From Opitutales bacterium (GTDB lineage: Bacteria; Verrucomicrobiota; Verrucomicrobiia; Opitutales; Seribacteraceae), in contig JAOFTV010000009.1 in NCBI GenBank assembly GCA_028045305.1, positions 2,399 to 66,398 of the forward strand: 64,000 bases of DNA. The letters run 5' to 3'. The number at the start of each line of letters is the position of its first letter. Position 1 is the stretch's first letter. Below, piece by piece: positions 39,490-49,706 of the stretch. Position numbers and translations under genes: made by a program. The notes under the pieces were generated by a model. It saw nothing but the letters and a program-made list of their open reading frames with translations. It searched no databases and had not been told where the DNA came from.

Positions 39490-40941
39490 ATGAAAAGAAA
39501 ACAGCGAACTATAGCTATTTTCTCTACAATTTTTTTCTGCGTATTTTTCCTTTTTTTGATTGGCTGCTTTTCCACTCACTATGATCGAACCGAAAACTTT
39601 TCGTTTCTCTGGAAGGTTGGGGACTTAAGGAATGCGGAATTAGAAGCAGCTAGGTTGGCAAGAGAAGGACCGAAGAGAGATCGTATGCTTTATTACTTGG
39701 AGCAAGGAGCTGTTGCCCGCATGCATGGTAATACCGCCAACAGTATATCTGCGTTGCAGGGAGCTTCTCGAGAGTATGATCGGTGGTACGGTCCGCATTT
39801 GTACACTCAGACCCGATTAACAGAGGAGTTTTTATCCACCTTAGGTTCGGCGGAATCTAAGCCCTATAAATCAAGGATTTATGAGCGGGTAATGTTAAGG
39901 ACTTATCAAGCTCATAACTATTTACTGGCAAAAGATTATGGGCGTGCTCGTGCAGAAATTTTTAAGACCCGCCAGGCAATAGAAGATACTAAGGATATAT
40001 GGAGCAAGGAACTTTCTGCTGCTCGTGAGATGAGTAAGAAAAAACAAGTCGATCTTACTAGCACCCTTAATGCAAAGGGTCTACCTTCCGCACTTCGTGA
40101 AGAAGGTAAAACAATCAATGCCTTGATCACGCCTGAAATTCCCAAGTTTATAAACCCAGCATCCCTTTATTTTGAAGCCTTGTATTTCCTTCATGGGGCA
40201 ACACAAAGAGAGGATTTTACCAAGGCCGAGTATTCCTTACGTATACTGAGCTCGATTTACCCTCAAAATCAATGGATTGAAGAGGACTACAGGGCGGCAA
40301 AGGCGGGAACTCGCCCAACTGAGAAAACTGTTTATGTCTTTTTTGAAACTGGGCGGGCTCCCGTAAGAGTCGAAAAGAGGTTCGATCTACCTTTGTTCTT
40401 TTTCTCCTCCACCTCCCGTGTCCCTTATCTGGGCATTGCTTTTCCAAGTCTCCGGTTAAATGATCAATATTTGAAAGATGTGAAAGTATTTCCGTCCAAT
40501 GATCAATCGAAAGCGGTAACCACCAAATTATTGGCCGACATGGATGGGATTGTTGCTCAGGAATTTAACGAATATTTCGACATTGAATTATCCAAAGCGA
40601 TCACAGGAGCCTTATCCAAGGGTGGATTGCAGTACTTAGCCACCAATTCGGTGCGTTCTGAGAATGACCTTGCCCGTGCAACTGTCGGGGCTGGTGCGGG
40701 CATGCTCGCACATGCAACTACCCGGGCAGACCTTCGTTCCTGGAGCACCTTACCAAAGCAGGTTAGGTTTTGTAAGATTCAATCCCCGAGGGATCTGAAG
40801 TTGACCTTGAGTGGAGTTGGTACGAATTTATCCACATCTGTGAACCTTGAAAATAAACAGACCCAATTGGTATGGATACGAAGTATATCTGCGTTTACTC
40901 CCTTACGGATAGTTGGTGTCTGTCCACTTTCTCAAAATTAA
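39490..40941 (+). CDS. COG3014-family lipoprotein (TPR-like)
   Basis: Lipobox FLIGC; LYYLEQG, YERVMLRTYQA..Y and ADLRSWSTLP motifs. Confidence 0.8.
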   Translation: MKRKQRTIAIFSTIFFCVFFLFLIGCFSTHYDRTENFSFLWKVGDLRNAELEAARLAREGPKRDRMLYYLEQGAVARMHGNTANSISALQGASREYDRWYGPHLYTQTRLTEEFLSTLGSAESKPYKSRIYERVMLRTYQAHNYLLAKDYGRARAEIFKTRQAIEDTKDIWSKELSAAREMSKKKQVDLTSTLNAKGLPSALREEGKTINALITPEIPKFINPASLYFEALYFLHGATQREDFTKAEYSLRILSSIYPQNQWIEEDYRAAKAGTRPTEKTVYVFFETGRAPVRVEKRFDLPLFFFSSTSRVPYLGIAFPSLRLNDQYLKDVKVFPSNDQSKAVTTKLLADMDGIVAQEFNEYFDIELSKAITGALSKGGLQYLATNSVRSENDLARATVGAGAGMLAHATTRADLRSWSTLPKQVRFCKIQSPRDLKLTLSGVGTNLSTSVNLENKQTQLVWIRSISAFTPLRIVGVCPLSQN

Positions 40942-40945
40942 AACT

Positions 40946-41386
40946 ATGAAGACTTATATCCAGAAATCTTTTTTGATTTTGTTGTTTTCTTTACTTTTTA
41001 TTCTTTCGGCGTGCTCACATAAAGGAAAAGTTGATACGGTAAGCAAGGCAGACCCTCGGGACAAAAGTGCACAACCGGAGATAAAAAAAGTTGAGTTCGG
41101 TGGCGAGTTGGAAAAAAACCTCGAAGTTGTTCGTATAACCCAGGGTAAAGCCGATGGGAATCTTCTGCGTATGCAAGTGGAAATAAAAAACTATTCCTCT
41201 AAAGATGTTCAATTTACCCATAAAATTGAATGGTTTGATGACGATGGATTTTGGGTAAAGGACACTTCGCTTGTATGGAAATCCTTGATGATTCGTCCCA
41301 AAGAATCCAAGATGATTGAGTCCATTTCTACCCGTCCGGGAGTTTCCGCTTTTAGGCTAAAGATTCAACCTGCAAAAAATCCATGA
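40946..41386 (+). CDS. YcfL/DUF1425-family lipoprotein
   Basis: Lipobox LSAC; EWFDDDGF...W motif; precedes the lpoB-like gene. Confidence 0.8.
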   Translation: MKTYIQKSFLILLFSLLFILSACSHKGKVDTVSKADPRDKSAQPEIKKVEFGGELEKNLEVVRITQGKADGNLLRMQVEIKNYSSKDVQFTHKIEWFDDDGFWVKDTSLVWKSLMIRPKESKMIESISTRPGVSAFRLKIQPAKNP

Positions 41387-42000
41387 ACCGTCTCTTATTT
41401 AGTATACCACTCATTCTTTCATTCCTTTTCTTTTCTTGCGGAGAACGCAATCCAGTCGGTCGGGCAGCCGATGCACGTTACCTCGAAGATGGGAGCAATA
41501 AGGGACTTGTGAATTTGGATAAAATTAATGCTCAGGATTTCTCTCGGGCGGCCAATCAGTTGGTAACCGATTTACTAGGCAGTGGCAGCCTAACTCAGGC
41601 ACCATTACAGCCAGCGATCCTTCACATCGGTGAGATTCGCAATGATACCCAGACTTATTTTGATACGGATCTATTGCTTCAGGGGATGAAGCGTGACTTG
41701 CTTGCTAGCAAGAAGGTGCGAATATCCACAACTGCGGGACCGGAGGGGAAGATTGCTGACTCATATGCGGACACAGTACGCAAAGAACTCGGTGCTGATG
41801 GTGATAAACAGATCAATCGTCTACGTCCTTACTTTTCTTTGTCAGGGAAAATCATTGAGGAAACTTCAAGGGTTGAGAAAGTAACACAGAAAGACTTTTA
41901 CTTTCTCCTTACCTTGACTGAATTAAACGGTGGAACCGGAGTTTGGTTTGGACGTGAATTGATCACCAAGCAAGGTAGTCGTGGAGCGATCGGTTTTTAA
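41383..42000 (+). CDS. LpoB/YcfM-like lipoprotein (penicillin-binding protein activator family)
   Basis: Lipobox LFFSC; IRNDTQTYFDTD, LSGKI and YFLLTLTEL..G..VW. Confidence 0.78.
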   Translation: MNRLLFSIPLILSFLFFSCGERNPVGRAADARYLEDGSNKGLVNLDKINAQDFSRAANQLVTDLLGSGSLTQAPLQPAILHIGEIRNDTQTYFDTDLLLQGMKRDLLASKKVRISTTAGPEGKIADSYADTVRKELGADGDKQINRLRPYFSLSGKIIEETSRVEKVTQKDFYFLLTLTELNGGTGVWFGRELITKQGSRGAIGF

Positions 42001-43208
42001 ACAGATTTTTTCCAACGGGGAAGGAACTTAGGACATAAGTCTTCTAGTTCCTTTAGTCTTGCTCGGTTTACTAATTGCTCAGGATTTCCTGTACAATCAA
42101 TCAAATCACCACGCTGTAAACTAAGAAGTGTTTTTTGATCTTCCTTGAGTAAGTTTCTTCTCTGCCATTCGTATTCCCGTTCGATTCCATCGACTCCCAC
42201 TCCCCATAGAGACAGGGTTCCCTTACGCTTTCGTACGGGAGAAATGATTCGAAATATGCCCGATTTTTCAGGTAATGTCTTTGGGCGTATTCGAGAAAGG
42301 ATGGACATACCAAACTTCACTTCCCTGATTTCCAGGTTCAAGTGATGATTGATTTGCTCGACCCTTTGTGGAGGCGTGCATGGGCGCACTTCATGGCTAA
42401 AATATTTACTTTGCGTTTGCCAGAGTGGGCAGGGCATACCGTTGAAGTAGGGTGCCTGAATAAATAAGCGATCATTCCCCTCAACCGCATGGGCACAAGC
42501 TCCTTGCAAGGACCTGCAGACATCCCCTTCTGCCGGCTCGATCAATAGAAGTTGTCCACTGTCTTTAAGTAGGTTGCCTAACTGAATAATTGTATCGGCT
42601 CGTTCTTTTTCTTGAGCCCCTTCCCAGCATTCATTTAGGGCATAACTGGAAAGAATAAGGTCGTATCCTCCCTTGGCTGGATGATTGTCCAAGTGCCGAA
42701 GGTTCTTTCTTTCGGTCAATACCCGGGTGTCTGGCCACAGATGATTAGCTTCCCGGTGAATGCGCCGTAAGAAGGACAGGCTCTTGCCAGAATAATCCCA
42801 GGCGTCTAAAGCGATGGGATTACGGATTCCCCATGCTCGTAGATAATAGAGCACGGCGAGTGAACTTGCCCCGGTTCCGCAGCCCAAGTCCAGAACCCGT
42901 AGGGGGCCCTTGCCTGGTGCCCGCCAACCACGATAGTCAAAGGCTTCAGCCAAGGTATATCCGCAAGCGCCAAAGGTGCGTGGGGAATAAAAGTTTCCAT
43001 AGGCAAGAATGGATAGATCCCGTGCTCCATAAGATGAGGGGTCAAAGTCTCTTGTTTTATTAAATCGGTCGCTTTGACGGACAATTTCTTGGCGTAACAA
43101 ATTGAGGATGCGTTCCTCTCCCTGCTCTGGCCATTGCTGAATGGTTTGTTTCCACCACCAATCCTCTAACTCTCTAGGGTAGGGAGGCAGAGTGATGGTT
43201 GGCTTCAT
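41997..43208 (-). CDS. Rsm22/METTL17-like SAM-dependent methyltransferase
   Basis: LAYGNFYSPR, VLDLGCGTG, SYALNE, LLLIEPA, CPL and RIISP. Confidence 0.75.
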   Translation of the reverse strand: MKPTITLPPYPRELEDWWWKQTIQQWPEQGEERILNLLRQEIVRQSDRFNKTRDFDPSSYGARDLSILAYGNFYSPRTFGACGYTLAEAFDYRGWRAPGKGPLRVLDLGCGTGASSLAVLYYLRAWGIRNPIALDAWDYSGKSLSFLRRIHREANHLWPDTRVLTERKNLRHLDNHPAKGGYDLILSSYALNECWEGAQEKERADTIIQLGNLLKDSGQLLLIEPAEGDVCRSLQGACAHAVEGNDRLFIQAPYFNGMPCPLWQTQSKYFSHEVRPCTPPQRVEQINHHLNLEIREVKFGMSILSRIRPKTLPEKSGIFRIISPVRKRKGTLSLWGVGVDGIEREYEWQRRNLLKEDQKTLLSLQRGDLIDCTGNPEQLVNRARLKELEDLCPKFLPRWKKSV

Positions 43209-43271
43209 TCGGTCGGGTTGGAGTGATGGGCGGTTGTAACCAACCCTCTATTTAAATGAGCCTCCGTTTAT

Positions 43272-44624
<1,353 letters not shown>

Positions 44625-44710
44625 TCAAAATTCTTTGAAGTTCATAACAGGGGTCATCTGTCTCGCAATTTTTCAAGAAGGTCAATAAGTTGGGCGGTTT
44701 ATAAATAAAA

Positions 44711-46225
44711 ATGGCTAAGCAAAAGAATGCAATCTCTCCAACCCGGGAAGAAGATTATCCCGAATGGTACCAACAGGTGGTGCGAGCCGCCGATCTTGCG
44801 GAAAATACTCCGGTACGTGGATGTATGGTAATCAAGCCATGGGGCTATGGAATTTGGGAAAATATCCGTGATGCTCTCGATGGAATGTTTAAAGAGACGG
44901 GTCATAAAAATGCTTATTTTCCTCTGTTCATTCCTAAGAGCTTCTTGCAACGTGAAGCCGAACATGTTGATGGTTTTGCCAAGGAATGTGCAGTGGTCAC
45001 TCATTCCCGTCTTGAGGCTGACAAGGATGGCATACTACAACCTGCAGGTGAATTAGATGAACCCTTGATAGTACGGCCGACTTCCGAGACGATCATTGGG
45101 GAACTTTTTGCCCGCTGGGTACAATCTTACCGTGATCTTCCGCTGCTTATCAATCAATGGGCCAATGTTGTCCGCTGGGAAATGCGCCCCCGTCTTTTTT
45201 TACGCACCGCTGAATTTTTGTGGCAGGAAGGACATACTGTACATGCCACAGCTGAGGAAGCGATTGAGGAAACCCATCTGATGCTTCGTACCTATGCGGA
45301 TTTCGCAGAGAATTGGCTAGCAATGCCCGTATTGCGTGGCGAAAAGACCGAGGCCGAACGTTTTCCGGGTGCAGAAACTACTCTTTGTATAGAAGCGATG
45401 ATGCAGGACCGTAAGGCTTTGCAAGCGGGAACATCCCACTTCCTTGGGCAAAATTTTTCTAAGGCTTGTGGAATTAAATTTCAGGGAGTGCAAGGAAAGG
45501 AAGAGTTGGGATGGACCACTTCTTGGGGGGTATCCACCCGTTTGATCGGGGGTATGATCATGACTCATGCTGACGATGACGGTTTGATTGTACCTCCCCG
45601 GGTTGCACCCACTCAGGTGGCCATACTACCTGTCACCCCAAAAGAAGATTCCCGTGTACAAGTTTTGGAAGCCTGCGAGGCATTATCCAAGGAGATTAAT
45701 GAATGCACCGCTTTTGATTTGCCTGTACGGGTTGAAATGGATGACCGAGACTTGCGGGGTGGAGAAAAATATTGGCAGTGGGTCAAGAAAGGGGTGCCGC
45801 TTACCGTAGAGGTTGGACCACGGGACTTGGAAAATGGTACCGTTTTCGTGGGGCGTCGTGATTTGGGAGGAAAGCGTGAAGGAATGAAACGTGAAGAATT
45901 TATCTCTTCCTTGGAAGACACCCTTGTTGCCATCCAAAAGAATCTTTTTACTAAGGCTCAAGATTTTCAAAAAGAAAACACCCGCGAGATTGATAAACGC
46001 GAGGAACTTTACGAATACTTCACTGCAAAAAATTCTTCCAAACCTGAAATTCATGGAGGTTTTGCCCTTATTCATTGGGACAGGAACCCAAAGTGGGAAG
46101 AACAATTGAAGAATGATTTGAAAGTTACCATAAGGTGTATCCCTGAGGGAGTTTCTGTTCCCGGGACTTGTCTGTTCAGCGGACAAGCCAGTCCGGGTAG
46201 GGTAGTGGTTGCAAAATCTTACTGA
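44711..46225 (+). CDS. proS: Proline--tRNA ligase (archaeal/eukaryotic type)
   Basis: VRPTSET, QWANVVRWE, FLRTAEFLWQEGHT, QAGTSHFLGQNF and C-terminal AKSY. Confidence 0.97.
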   Translation: MAKQKNAISPTREEDYPEWYQQVVRAADLAENTPVRGCMVIKPWGYGIWENIRDALDGMFKETGHKNAYFPLFIPKSFLQREAEHVDGFAKECAVVTHSRLEADKDGILQPAGELDEPLIVRPTSETIIGELFARWVQSYRDLPLLINQWANVVRWEMRPRLFLRTAEFLWQEGHTVHATAEEAIEETHLMLRTYADFAENWLAMPVLRGEKTEAERFPGAETTLCIEAMMQDRKALQAGTSHFLGQNFSKACGIKFQGVQGKEELGWTTSWGVSTRLIGGMIMTHADDDGLIVPPRVAPTQVAILPVTPKEDSRVQVLEACEALSKEINECTAFDLPVRVEMDDRDLRGGEKYWQWVKKGVPLTVEVGPRDLENGTVFVGRRDLGGKREGMKREEFISSLEDTLVAIQKNLFTKAQDFQKENTREIDKREELYEYFTAKNSSKPEIHGGFALIHWDRNPKWEEQLKNDLKVTIRCIPEGVSVPGTCLFSGQASPGRVVVAKSY

Positions 46226-46277
46226 AGTACAGGCTTCAAAGTACTTAACCAATTAAGGCTAAAAACCGGTAAAAGGC

Positions 46278-47123
46278 ATGCAAGTCATTCGTTCGGTTAA
46301 GGAAATGAAGACTCGCTCCATGGACTTACGAAGGGATGGAAAGACTATTGGCTTCGTTCCAACCATGGGTTTCCTGCATGAGGGGCATCTTTCTTTGGTT
46401 GATTTAATTCGTAAAGATTGCGACATCCTACTCCTTTCCATTTATGTTAACCCTACTCAGTTCGGAGAGGGGGAGGATTTTGATAAATATCCACGCGACA
46501 CTGAACGGGATCTAGAATTGTGCCGTAGCCGAGGTGTCGACCTAGTGTTCATTCCCGAATCGTCAGAAATCTATGCGGGAAATGCATCGACCTATGTGGT
46601 GGAGGAAGAAGTGGGGATGGGAATGTGCGGAAATGCCCGTCCCAATCATTTCCGGGGGGTCGCCACTGTGTGTGCCAAACTATTTAATCTTTGTCAGCCA
46701 AACTATGTGGTTCTTGGTCAAAAAGACGCCCAGCAAGTAGTGGTGCTTAAACGAATGATTCGCGATCTTCACTTTCCTATCGATGTAGTGGTTGGTCCAA
46801 TTTTGCGCGAAGCGGACGGCCTCGCTATGAGTTCACGAAATAAGTATCTGCAATCCAAGCAACGAGAGGAAGCCCTACTTGTTTATCAATCAATACAGGC
46901 GGCCCAAAAAGTGGTCGAAGAAAAAGGCTCTTCCAATGTGGACCGGGTAAAAGCCGAGGTCTTGAATGTTTTGAAACAAGGCCGTTTACTACGGGTAAAT
47001 TATGTGGATGTAGTCGACCGGGAAACCATGCGTCCGGAAAAAGAGATTGTTCAGGGCCGCTCCCTTTTAGCGGTTGCGGTTTGGGTGGACCAGGTCCGCT
47101 TGATTGATAACTTTTGTTTTTAG
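46278..47123 (+). CDS. panC: Pantoate--beta-alanine ligase
   Basis: VPTMGFLHEGH, VNPTQF, GQKDAQQ, GLAMSSRN and RLIDN. Confidence 0.97.
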   Translation: MQVIRSVKEMKTRSMDLRRDGKTIGFVPTMGFLHEGHLSLVDLIRKDCDILLLSIYVNPTQFGEGEDFDKYPRDTERDLELCRSRGVDLVFIPESSEIYAGNASTYVVEEEVGMGMCGNARPNHFRGVATVCAKLFNLCQPNYVVLGQKDAQQVVVLKRMIRDLHFPIDVVVGPILREADGLAMSSRNKYLQSKQREEALLVYQSIQAAQKVVEEKGSSNVDRVKAEVLNVLKQGRLLRVNYVDVVDRETMRPEKEIVQGRSLLAVAVWVDQVRLIDNFCF

Positions 47124-47133
47124 TTCCTTTTTT

Positions 47134-48750
47134 ATGACCACTCAAACTAGACCTCAAAAAGAATACGATCTTGTCATCGTGGGTAGTGGGATTGCTGGGT
47201 TGAGCTTTGCATTGAAGGTTGCAGAGGCTGGATACCGGGTCGCCATTTTCACTAAAAAAACCAAGGCTGAGTCGAATACAAATTATGCTCAGGGTGGTAT
47301 TGCCGTGGTTACCTCTGCAGGAGATGATCTGGACAAACATGTTCAAGATACTTTAGAGGCGGGGGATGGACTTTGTGACCCCAAGGTGGTCAGGCAAATA
47401 TTGCAGGATGGTCCGGAACGAGTTCAGGACTTAATTCGCATGGGGGTAGAATTTTCCAGCCTGGAAGACGGTAGAATATCGCTCGGTAAGGAAGGCGGGC
47501 ACAGCAAACGACGGGTTTTACATGTTAAAGATATTACTGGCAAAGCCATTGAGGATGCCCTGCTTGCCAATATTGCCGCCCAAGGGGTTGACTTGTTTGA
47601 ACATTTCTTCGCCATCGACCTGATAACGGCCAAGAAGTTAAACAAGCTGGGCATGGGGGCATCCAAGGGCGACCGGGTGGAGGGCCTGTATTTTTTTGAT
47701 GCTGAAGCAAACGAAGTCATTACCGTAACCGCCTCTGCGGTGCTCCTTGCAACTGGAGGAGCGGGTCAGACTTATTTGTACACCACCAATCCTTCCATCG
47801 CTACGGCCGACGGAATTGCCATGGCTTCACGGGCTGGATTGTCGGTCATGAACTTGGAGTTTATCCAGTTTCATCCGACCACTTTGCATTCCTTACAGGG
47901 CGATCGTTTTCTCATTACCGAAGCAGTGCGTGGGGAAGGAGCGAAATTAATTGATGCCCATGGAAAACCCTTCCTGAAAAAATACCACCCCCTTGCTGAC
48001 CTTGCCCCCAGAGATGTGGTTGCCCGGGCGATTGATCGGGAAATGAAGAGATCGGGGGCATCCTGTGTTCGCTTGGATACTCCCAATATGAAAGTGGATT
48101 TTAAGGATCGTTTTCCAAATGTATACGAGAATTGTATGAAGCGCGGGATCGATCCGACGAAGACTCCCATACCGGTAGTACCAGCAGCTCATTATTCTTG
48201 CGGGGGAGTACCTACAAGTCTTGATTGTTCGACCAAACTTGCCGGTCTTTATGCTTGTGGTGAAGTGGCCTGCACCGGTTTACACGGGGCCAACCGTTTG
48301 GCCAGTAATTCTCTGCTTGAGGCGGTGGTCATGGCCCATCGTGGGGCAGAGTCTGTGTGTAAGTATTTGGCTGGGCAGAAAAAAAGATCAGTGGGCCTGC
48401 CCGAGTGGGCCGATGGAGATGTGCCAGCTTCTGACGAACGGGTTGTTCTATCCCACAATCTTGAAGAGTTGAAGCGTGCAATGTGGGACTATGTGGGCAT
48501 TGTCCGTTCGACCAAGCGTTTGGAAAGGGCTCATGCCCGCTTGCGCAATTTACGGCGTGAAATTAATGAATATTATTGGAATGCCAAAGTGGATGTTCCC
48601 TTGCTTGAATTGCGCAATTTAGTCTGCGTAGCCGAATTGATCGTACTTTCTGCCCTGAAGCGAAAAGAAAGTAGAGGCTTACACTTTACCATTGATTACC
48701 CTGACCAGTCGGCCAAACCCAAGAATACACGAGTTTCCCCTCGTTCCTAG
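47134..48750 (+). CDS. nadB: L-aspartate oxidase
   Basis: GSGIAG, AQGGIA, EGGHSKRR, QFHPT, ITEAVRGEG and HGANRLASNSLLE. Confidence 0.96.
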   Translation: MTTQTRPQKEYDLVIVGSGIAGLSFALKVAEAGYRVAIFTKKTKAESNTNYAQGGIAVVTSAGDDLDKHVQDTLEAGDGLCDPKVVRQILQDGPERVQDLIRMGVEFSSLEDGRISLGKEGGHSKRRVLHVKDITGKAIEDALLANIAAQGVDLFEHFFAIDLITAKKLNKLGMGASKGDRVEGLYFFDAEANEVITVTASAVLLATGGAGQTYLYTTNPSIATADGIAMASRAGLSVMNLEFIQFHPTTLHSLQGDRFLITEAVRGEGAKLIDAHGKPFLKKYHPLADLAPRDVVARAIDREMKRSGASCVRLDTPNMKVDFKDRFPNVYENCMKRGIDPTKTPIPVVPAAHYSCGGVPTSLDCSTKLAGLYACGEVACTGLHGANRLASNSLLEAVVMAHRGAESVCKYLAGQKKRSVGLPEWADGDVPASDERVVLSHNLEELKRAMWDYVGIVRSTKRLERAHARLRNLRREINEYYWNAKVDVPLLELRNLVCVAELIVLSALKRKESRGLHFTIDYPDQSAKPKNTRVSPRS

Positions 48751-48758
48751 CCAACTTA

Positions 48759-49706
48759 ATGGGGAAAAGTTTGGGCAGAATTGGGGTCGTCGGACCAGGT
48801 GCCATTGGTGGGTTTTATGGGGGAATGCTTGCACAAAGTGGAGAGGATGTTCACTTCCTCTTTCGTTCGACTTTTGATGATATTTTGCGGGGTGGATTGA
48901 CCTTGGTTCACCACCGTGACGGGGGAAGGAGTGCAAAGGTGGAAAATTTACACGCGTATGATTCACCCAGTTCCTTGGGCCCGTGTGATTGGATAATTGT
49001 GGCGGTCAAGGCCACGGCAAATTCGGCCCTTGAAGATATGATTCGTCCAATGCTTGGACCATCCACCCGTTTGCTCACTTTGCAAAACGGAATGGACAAT
49101 GTGGAAAATCTTCATCGTCTTTTTGGAGAAGATCGCCAGGTCATGGCCGGACTTTGCTTTACCTGTATTAATCGTACATCACCCTGTGTGATTGAAAGCC
49201 TCCTTCCTGGATATGTACAATTTGGACAATTAGGTGGGCGGCTGTCCAGGGATGCAGAAACCATGGTTCAAGCCTTTGAAGCATCTGGAATCAAGGTTCG
49301 GCGAGCAGATTCTTTGGACGATGCACTGTGGAGAAAACTTTGCTGGAATGTCCCCTTTAATGGACTTGCCATTGCGGCCGGTGGAATAACTACAGATTTA
49401 ATTCTTGCGGATTCCAAACTCAAAAAAAGAGCTCACGATTTGATGCTTGAAGTCCAGCAGGCCGCCTATGCTCATGGGGTTGAGATCGAGGACTCCTTTT
49501 TGAATCGGCAATTTGAATTAACCGAGCCGATGGGGCCATACCGACCATCCAGTTTGATTGATTTTCTGGATGGTAAACCAGTAGAGGTGGATGCGATCTG
49601 GGGAGAGCCTTTGCGTCGTGGATTGGATAAGAAGGTGCCGATGCCGGAAACCGAAAAGTTATTGAATGAATTAATCGAAGCAACCGGAGTTGCAAAAAAG
49701 ACTTAG
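48759..49706 (+). CDS. panE: 2-dehydropantoate 2-reductase
   Basis: GPGAIG, LQNG, WRKLCWNVPFN and SSLID; follows panC-nadB. Confidence 0.88.
   Translation: MGKSLGRIGVVGPGAIGGFYGGMLAQSGEDVHFLFRSTFDDILRGGLTLVHHRDGGRSAKVENLHAYDSPSSLGPCDWIIVAVKATANSALEDMIRPMLGPSTRLLTLQNGMDNVENLHRLFGEDRQVMAGLCFTCINRTSPCVIESLLPGYVQFGQLGGRLSRDAETMVQAFEASGIKVRRADSLDDALWRKLCWNVPFNGLAIAAGGITTDLILADSKLKKRAHDLMLEVQQAAYAHGVEIEDSFLNRQFELTEPMGPYRPSSLIDFLDGKPVEVDAIWGEPLRRGLDKKVPMPETEKLLNELIEATGVAKKT

Noticed and set aside
44711-46225. Archaeal/eukaryotic-type ProRS as evidence of recent horizontal transfer
   Set aside because: This type is widespread in many bacterial phyla, and its composition matches the neighbouring genes
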